A DNA stretch of 64,000 bases from Proteromonas lacertae. Lineage: Eukaryota. Of this stretch, positions 24,670 through 40,100 are shown in pieces. The notes beneath the pieces are model-generated. The model had not been told where the DNA came from, searched no databases, and saw only the letters and a list, made by a program, of their open reading frames with translations. Position numbers and translations under genes: made by a program. The stretch lies in assembly GCA_002245135.1 (NCBI GenBank), contig NGBS01000597.1:62001-126000 (forward strand). Reading direction: 5' to 3'. Each line of letters opens with the position of its first letter. Within the stretch, counting starts at the first letter, position 1.

Positions 24670-26340
24670 TTAACGAGGTGATTCACCAACATTCTGTCTT
24701 TCAGATATAATTTTCAATGATCTAGATAGTCCTCTTTTACTATACAACATATAAATAAACATATAAAAACATACATCAATTGCTTTTCACTTTGAAGTTC
24801 TACATAATCGTTATTCATACTATCGGATATTGGAGGATGATAAATAATAGATTGTTTATGTGAAGAAGGTGATGTAAATTCTTCTAACTGTTTCCCTCTC
24901 AAATGATATAAGAATTTAACAGCTCCAATGAGTGTTGAATAATAATATCTATAAATAATTATTACATAATAATAAAATATACTCATATCCATTATTCATC
25001 AAGTCACTCACATCATAATATTTTAAATAATACAAATTAGTGATCAAATTACTAATCTTTGATTTCCAGATTAATAACACAAATAATGGAATCATATCAT
25101 CTGAAGCCAACACGAATTGTTTAGATTCATCTTTATCTATAAGAATAAATATAAAAAATATATATATAAATAATATACAATCCTCACCATAATATGATTT
25201 TCTATTATCTACAATCATATCAGATACACTTTGAGTTAATGATTGATATACTTCTTTAATACACTCATACTTCGCTAATGGAGATGTTCTAATTGATATC
25301 TGTTTAAATGTTGAGATAGGAGATGATAAATAATCAACACAATAATAATCAGATTTCAATCCAATAATATCTGAAGTTAATCCACCTGTATTAGTTATTT
25401 CATTCATAACACATTGAAAATCATCTTCTAAATTTTGATTCATTACTTTTAAACAGTAAAACAGCTTTTCATAGATTGAATCACTCACACATATAGCTAT
25501 TGCTCTTCTTATTTGCTCTTTATATTTCTTATTAGTATCAGCAGGGAAAAAATCATTATTATCTGTTACTACATAGGTTGTTACCATATTTATTGTTTGA
25601 TTCATTTTATTTAATAAGTCTTTATATCCTAAGTCTCCATCTAGAAATATATATCCTTTGTTAAATGATTAAAAAAAAACATTCAAATTAAGGAAAAATA
25701 TATATATAGTTATTTAATAAACAAAAAAAATGATATATTTGCATATAGCCATAGTATATTTAATCCTTTTCTATTTCTTGCATCATTACATAAGATTTCT
25801 ATATCTTCGTCTGATGATAAATCAACACCGAATAATAGACGTTTTTCATCAAAATTAACCATCTGATTGGTTACATCTATTGGATGTTCAATACAAAGTA
25901 TTTTGTATGGTTCATAATCTTCATTATAATATATTTCTTCAAAGAGTATCTTAATTTTATGTTCTAATCTGTTTTTGGACGAAATTTGACTATCCTATTT
26001 TTTTATTTATATTTATGATAATCATACTCGAACTGTTATATAACCTGAATCAAAGCATATGAACAAATTACTAAGTGTAACCATTTCATTAACAAAAAAA
26101 GGAGAAGGACTTAATATATGATTATCTAACAGTAAATATATGATTAAAAAAACAATACCTATGAAGCTTTTAGAAAATGTGAATTTCTTGAGGGAAGCAA
26201 GTTGTGGAACACATATAACCCATTTAAGTTGCACAGCCTGATATTGCAATTTCTAAAAACTATATTATATTTGGTTATACAGGATATTGACTTTGTAAAG
26301 CTTGAAAAAATATATTATCACCTAAATCTTCACCACTCAT
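24670..26340 (-). CDS. VPS9-domain Rab GEF with a VARP/ANKRD27-like N-terminus
   Basis: EDLGDNIFFQAL, ICVP, ILFEEIYYNEDYEPYKILCIEHP; VPS9 motifs SPLAKYECI, LASDDMIPLFVLL, GY/YYSTLIGAV. Confidence 0.85.
25669..25736 (-). other. Probable U12-type AT-AA intron in the VPS9 gene
   Basis: 5' ATATCATTT, branch TTCCTTAAT, ends TAA; phase-0 join LWLYAN/SFNKGYIF links two open exons. Confidence 0.75.
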
Positions 26341-26631
26341 ATTCTATAATTAACAAATTATCCTTATATGCTTGTTAGATAGCTAGAAAAAAATGATTTT
26401 GGTGTTTTTCAATTATGGTGTATGAAAATTTGTTTCAATAACCCATTAAACAAAACAGACAATTTAATTTAATAAAACTCAATATTGAAGAATTGCATTA
26501 ATAAATCTTTCTCTTCACAAATTTCAATTTTAATTATTCCAATTGATGAAAATAGATTCGTTTCAGAATTTTAAAAACATTAACAAATACAGAGAACATA
26601 TAATAAAATAATTAAAAATAGATAAAAATAA

Positions 26632-27243
26632 CTAATTATGTCCAGTAGCTTTAGTATCAATATGTTTTCTTATACTTTCATCCATATATGAAGTTAAATA
26701 TCCAGACCTAGTAAATGGTACCATAACTATATCTTGAGGAGGCGGAGTACAAAAATTAGCCTATATTATTATTATATTACCTATAAACATACATGAGTTG
26801 TACTTTTATAATTTGGTGGAACTCTAAGGTTTTCTGTTAAATGCTTTACTTGATATGAATCTTTACCATGAATATCACCCATATATGTTCTAACTCTGTT
26901 GTAAGGATCTTTATTATGAGGTATTTCTATTCCTGTAGGAGGTCTACTGCCTTTTAGAATCTTTTGCAACTCTTGATTAGTTCTTTCCAATTCTTCTAGA
27001 AGTCTATTCTTTATATTAAACTGAAAAATACTCATCTCTTCTATCAATCATATATTCGACCTCTTCTGGTGCTACTGAGTCTGGATGTGGTTCTAAATTT
27101 GAACTTTTTGTACTTGACTTTGTTGAAGGTCTTGATGATTGTTGGTGTTGCTGAGCAACTATCAGATTATTTGAAAAAGAACTATACCTTGATCTTTGTG
27201 ATACATTGGATGGTGTACCATTATAACTGCCTGTTCCATACAT
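26632..27243 (-). CDS. Hypothetical protein (about 180 aa, Ser-rich N-terminus, short coiled coil)
   Basis: Three exons joined by GT-AG introns give a continuous frame MYGTGSYNG...RRDELLEELERTNQELQKIL...DTKATGHN*. Confidence 0.6.
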
Positions 27244-27334
27244 TATTTCTTAAAAAAATAACAGTACTTGGGGATGTGAAAATTTTTGGAAGTTTTCTAA
27301 TACACCCAAGTGCTAAAATATTATAAAGAAATGT

Positions 27335-30300
27335 TTAATTTACACATCTGAATATTATAATTATCAATAATATCAAGTTGCAACATATAATGTAGTGAAT
27401 CATTTTTTCTGCTACATTTTCATCATAAAACAGTCTAGCCATTATTCTTGTTGAAATAGATGAGTTAATATAATAATCTGATGTCATTACTACAGTTTTT
27501 TTAATGGATTTTTTCAACAAATTCACAATATCGCTATGTTGTCTAGCAGTAGCAATTGCTAAAGCTGTAAAACCACTTAAATCCTTCGAATCAGGAGAAC
27601 AACCGATATTCAACAAATATTTCACGATATCAGCATATCCTTCTTGTGAAGCAATAATTATTGGTCTATTATTTGAATTTCCATCTTTTGATATTCCTGA
27701 TTCAATTAATGCTTTTACTACATTCAAATGACCTACATAACAAGAAATTGAGAGAGGATCTGTACCACTACTACTTTCTATAGGATTTTTATTGTAATAA
27801 TAAGGTAAAATAACTTTCACAATCTCCGAAAATCCATATGAAGCAGCAATCCATAATGGAGTAGAATTAGTCTTTTCATTACAAATAATATCAGGAGAAG
27901 CACCTCTTCTAATCAAAAACTTTATAATTTCCAAATGACCTTTCTTTGAAGCTAAACATATGGGAGATGGCGGAATACTTAATGAAGCACCATATTCAAG
28001 CAATGTTTTAATAATATTAACATGTCCATACAATGCAGCTAAATGTAATGCAGTATAATTGTCTTTAGTAAGGATAGTATCTACATTTATATTCTGCAAT
28101 ATTTGTTCCAAAAAAAAGTCATATCCATTTTCACAGGATTGTTTTAATAGTTTGATTGATTGGTGAGATATTGTACTATCCACTTGTTTAGACCAGTAAC
28201 TATGTCTCCATCTAATTAAGAATTCGTGTAGTATTGGATAGAATGTTGTGGAAATATTCATTTTAAATAAATAGGCTGTTAATGAATGTTCATCTAATTT
28301 TGGATCTATTTTTGAATAAATAAATAAATAAATAAATAAAATATACCTTCACCTTTAACAAAATACTTTCTCATTAATATATTACAATTACCTCCTACTT
28401 TATATAACAACGATACAGTGTGTAAATTCTCATTCACTATCGCATAATCCATTGCAGTTAATCCATATTCATCAACTTCATTTATTTTTACACCTCTTAA
28501 TAATAACAAGTCAACGATTATTCGCGAATGCTTTCTACTGGATGATGCATAATGTAATGAATTCTTACCATCATTACTCTTATAATTAACATTTGCACCT
28601 TTTTCTATTAGTGATAGTGTTATTTCATAATAACCTGAGAGTGATGATATATGAAGTGGATATTGATGACATGGACCTTCAGTAGATAAACCATGATTGA
28701 GTAATATATCAACAATCTATATATACAATTAAATAACAAAGAAATATATATTTATATATACTTGAGTATATTGATTCATTAATGGAAAACACAAAATACT
28801 TTCATATGAAGGAAGTGGAAAAATCATCGGATTTCTTTCAAATAATTTCTCCACTACTTTTACTTGATTTAATCGTATTGCATCTAACAATGGATATGAT
28901 AAGTTATTATATAATTGAGTATTTATATTGGTTAGTTTATTCTCAATTAATAACAAGGATATATCTTCATATCCATAAATGATAGATTTATGAAGTGGTG
29001 AAAAACCTTCTTGGTTTACTGTATTAATTTGAATAATTCTATTTATTAAATATCTACTCATATCATAATTATGATTTTGAATTGCGATAAATAAGATAAA
29101 ATCATTTTCATCAATACATGGAATCTAATAAAAAAGATAAATAATAAATGAAAATTAACTATACATCTATATATCCTTGATAATTATCGAAATACTCCAA
29201 CAAATCTTGCGAAGTTCCATTAATTGCAGCTCTACATAAACATTTTTGGATTGGTGCACCATTTTCAATTAAAATTTTAATGGTTTCTTTATGTTTGTAT
29301 GTACAAGCCATTAATAAAGCTGAATCTAATAACATTGGGTAATTGGTAAATAAAGGCACTAAATATTTAACTGTTTCTATATATCCATATCTTGCAGCTA
29401 CTTCTAATACATTTTTTTCACTATTATTCTTTGGAATATAGTCAACACCTTTCTGAATTAGTAATTTGATAATTTGTATATAATTATTCTTAATTGCATA
29501 TTCTAAGGCAGTTTTATCTATTTTCATAATAATATTCAAACATAATATTTATACTTCTATTATCTCTTTGATTTAAAGTGTTTAAATCCATTGTATCTAC
29601 TAGAATAAGTGCAACATCAAGATGTCTTTCTCTCCTATATAAATATATAAATAAACATTATATTATATATATATACAATGCAATATGTAATGGAGAAATT
29701 GACAATTTATGTGAAATATTAGGATTTGCTTTTAAATGCAATAACACCAACAACATCACTTTATCGCCTTTACTTGCACTTTGCCATACAGATGTTCTAC
29801 CATCGTTGTCTTGTATATTTATATCCGCTCCATTATCACAGAGTAACTTTACTATTTTGGTATAACCTTGTTGACTTGCTATAAATAGAGCAGATGTACC
29901 TGTATTATCTTTACTATTAACATTTATCCCTAATTAATAGAAATTATGGTTAATTATACTGATTTTTAGTAATTCTAATACTATATCATATGACCCTGAA
30001 TATGCTGCTGTCATTAGACATGTTACATTATCTTCTCCTATACAATCGTTCTTTACACTATATTTCAATAAAGCTTTTACTATTTCTACTTTTTTTGTTA
30101 ATGTTGACATCCATAACACTGTACAGTTGTTTTTATCTACTGAATGAGGGTTTGCACCACTGTCTAGCAAGAAAATGAACATTTCAGTATTGAGATTTTG
30201 ACTATTAGAGAATATAATCCAATAAAATACACTGCATTAAACAATAATAGAGAATTACCATCTTCATTATTCACATTAGCCTTGTTTTCAACCAAATACT

Positions 30301-30643
30301 TAACAATTTGTAGTTGATTTTTCTATTTACATTTATTTAATATACATAATACGTGAGATGCAATTTCTAATGGAGTAATGCCATTTTTATTTGGTATATT
30401 AGGATTAAAACCATGTGAAATAAACACTTTCAAAGTATCAAATAAATTCATCTTAATTGCATTACATAGTAAGGTCTCACCATTGATATCGTATTTGTCG
30501 TCAAGTTTGACGCTATCAACTGATTTTAGATATTTTTCTACTTCTGATGGCTTTGAAATAATTTTTAGTATAGATTCAAATGTATTATCACTCTGACAAC
30601 TCACTACAACGATAGAAATTAGAAAAATAAACTCAAGCCACAT
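27335..30643 (-). CDS. Long ankyrin-repeat protein with N-terminal signal peptide and C-terminal hydrophobic segment
   Basis: MWLEFIFLISIVVVSC; many TPL/TAL..A...GH..IVK.LL..GA repeats across about 10 exons; C-terminal YIICCNLILLIIIIF; a further small exon to about 27250 is possible. Confidence 0.8.
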
Positions 30644-31171
30644 TTTCAAGCTTGATTCTTATATTTCATTTTATGATGAAAGATATAATTTAAAAACAAG
30701 CGTAACAAATAATAAATAAGAAACCTTACTATTATTTTAAAAGAATAAGTTAAAAATAATAAAAATTCACAAATATTCTATAACATATTAGTTATTTTCC
30801 ACAATTATGCAATAAAGCAATTTTATAAAATAATGTTTTTGAATCATTGTAAACCTTTCTCATATGTTGAAAAATATGTTTTCTTATATTTAAAGCCAAT
30901 AATTCTCCTCAATAATGCATTAAATAATATCAATTTTCGAACACACATATTTAGCACAAATACCAGTGAATTACTCACAAAATTGTGAAAAGAAATTCTA
31001 TTTCAAATTTAAGCACCACAACATAAATTCCACCATAGTAAAAGCAAAAAAAATATATTGTAGTATAAAACACCTAATAAACAATCAGTAAAACAAAAAA
31101 GAAAAATCGGATTTTGAAAGAGGGTTTTTAAACCAAAATTTTGAGAGTGTGACATACGTTATTTTATTAAA

Positions 31172-34100
31172 ATGATGAGTTTAAAAGAAGTGCTTCTGAT
31201 TATACTAGTAATGATACAATTCTCATCAGAAAGTTCAATTGCCGCAAAGAAAATGTGTTTTGCTTTTGAAGATGATGAAGTTGCTGATGTATTAATAGAT
31301 ATAACTGAAGCATTATTCAACTCAACAAATGTAATAAATGATAATGATATGGAATATGTGAAGTTTGATACTTCAATAGATCAAAATACAGTAGATACTT
31401 ATAAAAAATTGGGTGAAACAGGTAAATGTGGTATAGTATTTACAAAACTTAAAGGAATAAGAAATAATTTATCAGCAATAGTTGAAGTTAACAATATGAT
31501 GAATTATTATAATATGTATACTATTAGTAGTGTTCTTGGGACAATACCAATATGCTTTAACCGTGTTATAAGAGGATATCTAACTTGTGATTCATCTTTT
31601 CAGTGTATGATTTATAAGATTTCTATTTATATATATATTTTAAATAGATATGAATTATTATTGGAAAAATAACACCAATTTTGTACTAATATATTCAGAT
31701 AAAAGTGATATGAAAGGTTGTGTAAGTAGTTATACTGAATACTTCAAAGGTAATGAAATGAATATCACACGAATAATAAAATATGATACTGCAACAACAC
31801 CTCCTTTATATGAAAAAGTATTAGCTGAATTTAAAGATAAGAAAGCAATAGTGATTAACTTTTTACCAGCAGATGAAACAGAACCTGTTGCTTTGTATAT
31901 ATCCACAAATACTCTAAATATTACAATGATTTCATTTCAAGAAATCTCAAAAGCAGATTTACCAAAATTTCCAACAACAAGAGATACCACTGATAATAAA
32001 TATTCATTTTATGTAGCATCTCAAATTATATCATTGGATATAGAAAAAGATGAAGCATTTAAGAATGCTTATTTATATGTAAGAGATTATAAACCAACTT
32101 TAGATCCTTCTACCACTGATACTGCAGCTACTACTACTGCTCCACCCAATCCACCAACTACTCCTCCTCCAGTTAATATTGCTGATTTTACAACAGAAAT
32201 GAAACTATAGTATATTTATTTATTTTGTATATATATATATATAGTTATGAGTTATTATCATTATATTTGAATGAAGTAAAGACAAAAAAGATTGTAACAC
32301 CTGAAATGGTTATTAATAGCTTATATAATGAATTAAGAACAATTAATGAGGTTAGTTACAGTTTATTGTCTAATAATGTTCTAGTTGGTTCAGTAGATGG
32401 TTATGAAATTGTTGTAGATGCTGGTAAAAATGTCTTAGCTAATGAACCATTTAGAGTTGTTCCAATCAGTTTTGATATTCAAGAAAAAGAGTTAAACGGC
32501 AAACCAATAGAAAATCTCTGTGATTTTTCAATTTCTGAAACTAATTTTAAATCAACTTATCAATATATTATAACTGTAAGTTATTATTCAGGTGCTTTAA
32601 AAGTATTAATTGAAGGAATTGAGGATACATTAGAAGTTGCTTTGGATAGAATCAATGAAGAAGAAGAGATATTGGGAAAGAAAACTCTCTCAATTACTAT
32701 TGATGCTTCAAGTGGTGTTGAAAATGTATTGAATGAAATAAAAAAATACTATGAAAAATTTGATATTCTAGCCGTTTTATATTATGGTTTAGATGATGTA
32801 TTAAATGCAATGATAAAAGCTTGGACTTATGATATTCCCATTATAAATTACAGTATAACAGCAGGAGAACATTGTAATAGTAAAGTATTAGAAATGGGTG
32901 TAAATATCCAAACATTATGGAGAGCAACAACTGAATTATTTGATATTGACACCATGATGATTGTATATAGTGATAGTGATTATTCAAACACTGCTCGTGA
33001 TATTATAAGTGCAAATGCTGAGGAAATTGGTATATATTTAAAGGAAGATGCTTTTGTTGAAGAAAATACAGTGGAAGCTTCAAAGAACGCATGTGGTCAA
33101 ATTTATTCAAAATGTACAGATGGGTGTTATGTGATTAATATATTAGATAGAAGTTATTTTACAAATTTATTTACTGAATGTTATAATGATTATAATATTT
33201 CATCAACAAAATACCCAATAATATCATATGCTATTGATGAACAATTATTAAAATCAATTGATGCAAAAGCAGTAAATGGTCATTATGTAGTTGGATATTT
33301 CTTTGATTCAATGGAAACTGAAGTTGGAGAACAATTGAGAACTGCATTGAGGAATAGGAATTATTTTGGCAAAGTAACTTCAAATATGGCTATTTTATAT
33401 ACTACCACATTTGTTATTGCTAGAGCATTTAATAAAGCAAGAAGAAGTGATCAACTAAGAGCATTTTTGCTGTATATTTTCTATTATTTTTCTATTTACT
33501 TAGAGGTGCAAGAAATAGTTTTTATGATGGTCCAGGTGGTCATTGTTATGTTAGCCAATATGGATATGGAAGTTATTTATTTAATTCTGGATATATTAGT
33601 GATGGTAGTATAATTGAATTAGATAAATCAAAAGGCACACAAATTGCATCTGCTTTTAATGACCCTTCTGAATATTGTGATTGGGTAAATGGCAAATTAG
33701 ATCATTTACAAACAAAACAAGTGATATTTTTGTATGTAAGAAATGAAACAAATACTGAAAGAATTGATTATTATGAATATACAGCTAATCAAGTCGGAGG
33801 ATTTCTTAATTCAAAAGGTGGAATTGCTGGTTATATGTTGAAAGTTAAAGTTCCACCACTTCATTCAATTGAAGATTTAGTAAAATATATGAAAGGTGTA
33901 AATCCTATAAATGTTTTATGTTATGTTGGTACAACATCATATCTTTTTAATTTAAGATATTATTATTTTTATTAGTTATATATCTTTAATTACTGTTTAA
34001 TAAAGAAGAAAGAGAAGCAATTAAAACAATATTAGCTGAACAGGATAAATTATTATTCAGTATTCATGCAAGTGAAGGTGAAGAATGTGATAAACAAATC

Positions 34101-37100
34101 ATTCAAATTGCTAGAATTCCACATCAATATGTATTTTCTGTATTTGGTTATTTCACTGAAAGACAAAGCGTTTGTGCTATTATATCTGATAATTCAACGT
34201 ATTTTGTTATTATTTAATTTATTATAAATAGTACTAACGATGGAATTGCAAATTATTTATCCCAAGTGTCACATTCATTTGTTTCTTACAATTGCTATGT
34301 AATTAATTTTGAGAATTTTGAACGTTTGAAATATCAATTGAATTTAATGACTACATTTTCAAATTCTACAACTTTATATTCTTTAATGGGAAGTTTGACA
34401 AATGAAATGATTAATAATATTTATGATTGGGGTTTTTTACCTCCTGAAAAATATCCAATAGTTATATTAGATTTATTATATCCAGAGTATTATAGTTTTG
34501 AAAATAAAACTAAATATGAAGGTCATTATTATGTTTCATCTTATTCATTACAAAAGACAAATCAAGAGAATTTACAGATGAAGTCAGTTATTGAATTGTA
34601 TTATGGAAATTTGCCTCTACAAATGCATGAAGATTCTGTTGCTGCGTATATATATATTAATATTTTTTTTAGTTTTTCTGCTTTAACATTAGTTGCTTCA
34701 GCTATGGGAAACATTTTTATTGAATCATCAGCTGAATTAAGATATAAAATCTATAAAACATCAATCAATACTCCATATGGTGAAATATCAGTTTCTACAT
34801 CAAATTTGATGAAGTCTTATTTTACAATTCATAAATTCACAAATGAGACTGATATATTGTTAATATTACCTGAACATTCACTTGAAAGGTCACAATATTC
34901 TGCTTTTGTATATATATTTATATATTTATATTATAGTTGAATAATAATATAAACAATGTATGTGACTTTGATGAAGGTGTAAATGTCAATTATTATGAAA
35001 AAGAAGTATATAAATTCGCACTATGGTATGAAGATGAAGATGAAGCACTTTATTTTCTATTAAGAGAATATCAAGATATTACTAATGAAGAAGGTGGTTT
35101 TGGAGGTTTGAATTATGATTTAGTTAAAACATTTTGTAAGAATGATACAGAAATTGAAATGTCATTTAATCAGTCATATAGATTTATTATTAGTGGATGT
35201 AGTGATGAAGTTAATAACAAATATATTGGACGTTTAAATAAGACATTTATGTTTGTAATGAAAGATCAGCAAACTTCAGCTTGTAATGATTCAGCGTATA
35301 TATTTTATATGTTTTATACATTATTAATATTGAAATAGAATATATTTGGGTTTATCTCCTTATCAGCAAGCATATCCATTAATCAATTATATTTCGACTA
35401 TTTATCCACTTAAAGCTTTTGTAATAATGGATATTAGTTATAACAATTCAATATTCCATGATATTATTGTTGAATATTTACATGAAAGTGGTTTTGAAAC
35501 ACCAATTGATGTTTATGTAAATGAAAGTAGTACTGTAAAAGAAGTAGAAGAACAAGTATATGGAATATTATCAAGAGTATTAAGATACATGCCAGAAGGT
35601 GGTGTAATATTTAATTATTTAAATGAATATTCTGAAAGTGTATATACTGCTTTTCATGATATAATATGTTATTCTCAAAAATATGAAAATATAGATTGTA
35701 AAAATTCAAGTGTTTATACTGACAAATATGTTATTGTTACTGACAATAACGAAATGTTTGGTGAAGTAGAACCAAAATTAAGAATTGGTCATTTGTTGTT
35801 AGTTAGTAGTTATGTAAATACAGCACCATATATTGAACAATTGTGGATTGATTTATTTGGTAAAAATCAAATTCCAACTTCTATTGAAGCAAGAGGTGCT
35901 TTAGGTTATGAATTGATGAAAGACATTTTGAGTAATACATTAACAGATGATTATGATACAGTTAGAGATTATATGTTTAATAATAATATAGAAACATCAT
36001 TTGGTGAATTAGTAATAGATATAGATTTCCATTTACATGTGAAAATATCAATAATGACAAGTGATGAAAATGGTAATATAGTAGAAGTTAGTCAATTGTC
36101 AAGTTATTTCCCAGCTGAAACATATTTCTTAACATCTAATTCAAAAACTGAACAGTTTGTGTGTGATTTCAAAGATGCACAAGGCGAAACAATTCAAAAG
36201 ATATTTAATGTTGTTATATTTGGACCTTTATCAAATGCTGATGCTTACGTTGGAAATGAGATGATGTATTCATTCTTATCAAGCTTCGACTTGATTAATG
36301 AAAATGGAGGTATTCAAGAAAGATTTGTCAATCCATTAGTAATTGATTCTACGAATGATGAAATAGTTTATGATACTATAAGAAATATGAAGAGAATATA
36401 CCATACAAGAATAATATTTGGATGTTATGATTCATTTACTAGAAATGGAATTGCCAAAGATTTGCATGAAAATGGAGTTTTATTGTTTTATCCACATAAC
36501 TTTGAAGGCTTTGAATGTAAAGAGAATATTATATATTGTGGAATGCCTTTCTCACTTAGAATTGCTTATATTCCTTGGATATTATCGACATTTGATAAAG
36601 ATCGTATAGCTATATTATACACTGATAAAGTAACAGAAACAAAAATAATGCAGTATATAAAAAGTGAATTTAGTATTAGAGAAGTAACACCTATTGCAAT
36701 TATTGAAGTTTCAAACACTGATTATGATATGGAGAAAATATTGAAGTTATTACAGTCTAAAATGAGTAGTGGTGTAATTATATCTTTATTGACTGGAACT
36801 GCTAGATTTGAGTTGTTTAAAACAATGTTTGAATTAGAAATGACTTCTGATTCATATACAGTTGTTGCTGAAAAGGTGAGAAGAGTAGATATTGATGGTC
36901 CATATGGTAAATATATGGTAGGACATTATATTTGGGTTAGTTTCCATAAAGATTATTATCCATTAACAGATGTAAGAGAAATATTCAATAAAGAATATTC
37001 GTTTGCAATAAATACTACTCATGGTAGTGAAAATGCATTCTTTGCAGCAAAAATATTTGAGAATGCCTTTTCAAATATTCAATTCAATGATTCTGAAGGT

Positions 37101-40100
37101 TTAGAAGTTCCTTACACATTTGAAGAAGCTTTAGATGCAATTCATAATGCTATAATAGTAGAAGGAGGTATGAATGTGAAAGTTTTTACCAACAATTATA
37201 TGAGTTTTTCAATCAGTTTATGTAAAATATTAGAAAACAAAACAACTGGATATCTTGAAGCTAATGCAATATATGAGTATCATTCATCTGATGTTACTGC
37301 ACCAAATCCTTGGAAAACTAGTGATCCTAATTATCCTAGATTATCATGTAATTGGGATACAAAAGCAGCAATAAGAGGTGAACAATTACAGGAAGATAGT
37401 TACTTCATTGGTGCAATATTTTCAGTTAAAAACAACGAATCTCCTTTTGAAATGTATGGTTTGAATTTGTTAATTGCAATGACATCAAAGATTAATGATT
37501 TAGGTGGTGTAATTGGTAAAACATTGAATTTTAAAGTATATGATCCTTCAGCTTATGATAATGATTATGAAAAAATAGCAAAAATAGCAGCTGAAGATGA
37601 AGTATCAGTATTCTTTGGTTGTTATACATCTGAATGTCGTATTGCATTTGCTAAAGAATTTCAATCAATCAATAAGTATTTATTCTATCCACAAACATAT
37701 GAAGGTCAAGAATGTTATTCAAGTGTATACTATTTTGGAAGTATTGCAAATCAATTATTTGACCAATTAGTACCATATTTAAGAGTTGTATCTAATTATA
37801 ATGAGGTATTGTTGATTGGATCATCCGATTTTGAACCTGAATATACAAATACCTTATTTGATGTAGTGAAATTTAAACTGGAAGATATAATGGATAAAAA
37901 AGGTGAATATAGAATAGACAGTAAGAGTGGAAGTGCAAGAGCAATTGTATCTACTGTATTAGATGATTTACCAAATGGTGGTATTATTATTTCAACATTG
38001 ATTGGTGATCCACTAAATGAATTTTTGGTTGCATTGAATGAGAAGATTGTAACAAGACATCAATTACAAGTTATTTGTATTGGTCCAGATAGAGAAATAT
38101 TGGATTATGCAATAAATGATTATATTGATGTTTATGAACCAAGTTATTATTTCGATGAAGTAAATGAAACAAATGCATTCCGTTTAGCTTCTATGGAATA
38201 TACAATAAAAGAAATAAATTCAGCATATGAAAGTTCAGTTTATGCAGGAATGAGATTTTGGTATAGAGCTGTTTTAAAAGCGAATAGTTTAGAAATTGAA
38301 GATTGGAGAAAAGCAATAATGGGAATGGAATATGAGACTGGATCTGGTATATTGAAAATGAACAAAAATCAATATGTATCATTACCATTCTATTTAGGAC
38401 AAGTTAATACAACAAGCAGAAGGTTTGATATAGCATTTGAACAGGATATAGTAATCGAGCCAATGGCTTGGAATTGGGATATTGTTGAAACACATGGTAA
38501 AGTATGTGATCATACAATTGGTAAAAGTAAATACGATATTGATATAATAAATATACTGTTTGGTATATCATTAACAGGCATTCAACAATCAATGGATACT
38601 GGATTATCTAATGTAATGAATATGTTAGTGGATGAGTTTAACAATCTAGGAGGAATTATAGATCATAGATTGTATGTAACTGATATTGATATAGGTAGTG
38701 ATGATACAGAATGTTCAACTGTATTTTTTAAGAATTTCGCTAATGATGTAGATGATACAATCAATTTAATTATTACTACAGCAAGTATTGAATGTATGAC
38801 AATGATATTAGATGAAGTAGTAAAAAGAGATATTCCAATTATACATATTGGTATGTCACCTGGTGAATCATGTGAGAATAATATCATCTATGCCAATAAA
38901 GAGCCAAGTATTGTAGAAAGAGTAGTTAGCATATTGAATGATGTAACTGATGAAAGTACATTAGCTTATGCAATATTATCAACTTATGATGAATCTAGTT
39001 CAAGAGCCAATCAATATGCTCAAAAAGTAGTTAAGAATTTAGGTGGAACAATTGTTCTTGCAAAGACATTTACATCAACCATATCACAGCAAGAAGTTGA
39101 TTTAATAATGAAAACTATAAGTGAAAGATCAACAGGTTGTTTTGTTTTATTGTTTGGTAGTGATAATTTACATAAATATGTTGATAAATCATATACTAAT
39201 ATCAATATAAATGCTGAAAAATATAAGATAATATCTTATTCCACAGGTGAATCAATGAATAGTCCAAATTATCAGCCATTCTATTCCATACAATCATATT
39301 TCCAATCTATAGAAGGTGAATCAAATGAAATATTTGTTAATAGAATATCTAAATATACTAAGAATCCAATAACTGAAAGAATGTCAAGTTTATATGCAGT
39401 TTTCCATTTATGGGCAGATGCAGTAAAGAAGGTGAATAGTGTAGATTATTCAAAATATCAACAAGCATTATACACTGTTAATTTTGATGCACCAGAAGGA
39501 AATGTGAAAATTGAGACGAATAACTATATGAATCATTATATTCGATTTGGTTATCATAGAAAAGGAAATAATGACTTTGATAAAGTGTATGAAAGTTCAT
39601 TACCAGTATCATCTAATCCTTGGAAAACTGAAATGAATGATGGTTATTATATATGTGATTTCTCAAGTTCAACAATTGGCAGATATGCAAGACAATCAAC
39701 CGTTTCAATTGGTGTATTAACCAGTTTTAGTGGTTCATTAGCAAGTACTGATAGAATTATATTGAATGGTCTTAAAGCTGCAGTAACTGAGTTAAATAAT
39801 AATGGTGGTGTATTGGATAGAATGGTATTAATGCAAATTCGTGATTGTAAATCTTTATTACAGAATTATATAGCTTATGCAACAGAATTAGGAAAATTAT
39901 CTGAAATTGTGGCTATATTTGGTGGTTCAAGATATTCACAACAGTTAGCTGTATCTGAAATTGCCATTAAATATAATATTTTATATTTCTATCCAGCAAT
40001 GTCAGGTGGTGAATTCTGTTCAGCAAATACATTCTCATTTGGTATTGTCGGAAGTCAAATGATTTCAGTTATAAAGAAATATGTAACAATGAAAGTTAAT

